Source of the DNA: an uncultured archaeon
GTDB taxonomy: Archaea; Thermoplasmatota; Penumbrarchaeia; JASLWR01
DNA length: 64,000 bases
NCBI GenBank assembly: GCA_964342815.1
Contig: CAYFHS010000007.1
Span: forward strand, 64,001-128,000
Direction of reading: 5' to 3'
In this document: one piece after another, positions 63,791 through 64,000 of the stretch
How the letters are laid out: each line of letters begins with the position of its first letter
How positions within the stretch are numbered: the stretch's first letter is position 1
The notes under the pieces: generated by a model
Seen by the model: the letters and a program-made list of their open reading frames with translations, nothing else
The model's database searches: none
Told to the model about the DNA's origin: nothing
Program-made: the position numbers and the translations under genes

Positions 63791-64000
63791 TTAGTAGTGT
63801 GAAACGTCCATCCCAGCCGCCTCCCTCAATACCAGTAATTCCATGCGCTTCCCAGCCAGGTCCACAGGAGGGCCATGACCGATCCCATCACACAATGTGC
63901 TAACTAAAAGCTTTTCCGGCGGGTGCAGGTAAAAAGGGTATGATCTGCACGTAAAAGACCTGTCAGGGTAAATATTGCATTTGTTTCCTCCTTCATCGTA
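63791..64000 (-). CDS. YkgJ-family (CxxCxxCC) putative Fe-S protein, 3' fragment
   Basis: Manual translation YDEGGNKCNIYPDRSFTCRSYPFY...CDGIG...* matches the C.IY..R...CR.YPF motif. Confidence 0.8.
   Translation of the reverse strand, partial: YDEGGNKCNIYPDRSFTCRSYPFYLHPPEKLLVSTLCDGIGHGPPVDLAGKRMELLVLREAAGMDVSHY

Overview
Archaeal chromosomal window, most consistent with an anaerobic, peptide-fermenting Thermoplasmatota lineage. This is inferred from the archaeal-type ThrRS, RFC large subunit, AMP phosphorylase, a box C/D sRNA, GGTGA/GGAGG ribosome-binding sites and large membrane-anchored surface proteins, including a C25 gingipain-like protease. Core content: tRNA-His, tRNA-Glu, a box C/D guide RNA predicted to target 16S C1402, XdhC, a DnaQ-like exonuclease, AMP phosphorylase, a HicBA pair and an acyl-CoA/molybdo-hydroxylase cluster. 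It also carries a Feo/DtxR iron locus, a PadR-HAAS module, a 1786-aa Lhr helicase, an MthK-like K+ channel, a PAPS-reductase-family protein, GlnA and RFC-L. No integrase, transposase, CRISPR array or phage gene is visible. The most unusual signal is non-coding: short palindromic elements, many with C-GNA-G triloops. One 41-nt hairpin occurs twice, 12 kb apart and in opposite orientation. One copy sits in a 68-bp insert flanked by an AATAT duplication at the hicB/hicA junction; the other lies in a ~375-nt hairpin-dense intergenic element. Related hairpins form a ~60-bp-period array in register with the tRNA-Glu 3' end. Other candidates are a receptor-like surface protein with cytoplasmic longin-like and C4HC3 finger domains, an apparently catalytically dead PrsW with a YDGD repeat tail, and an atypical 2-hydroxyacyl-CoA / 4-hydroxybenzoyl-CoA-reductase-like gene cluster. 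All family assignments come from motif recognition by eye; no database searches were run.
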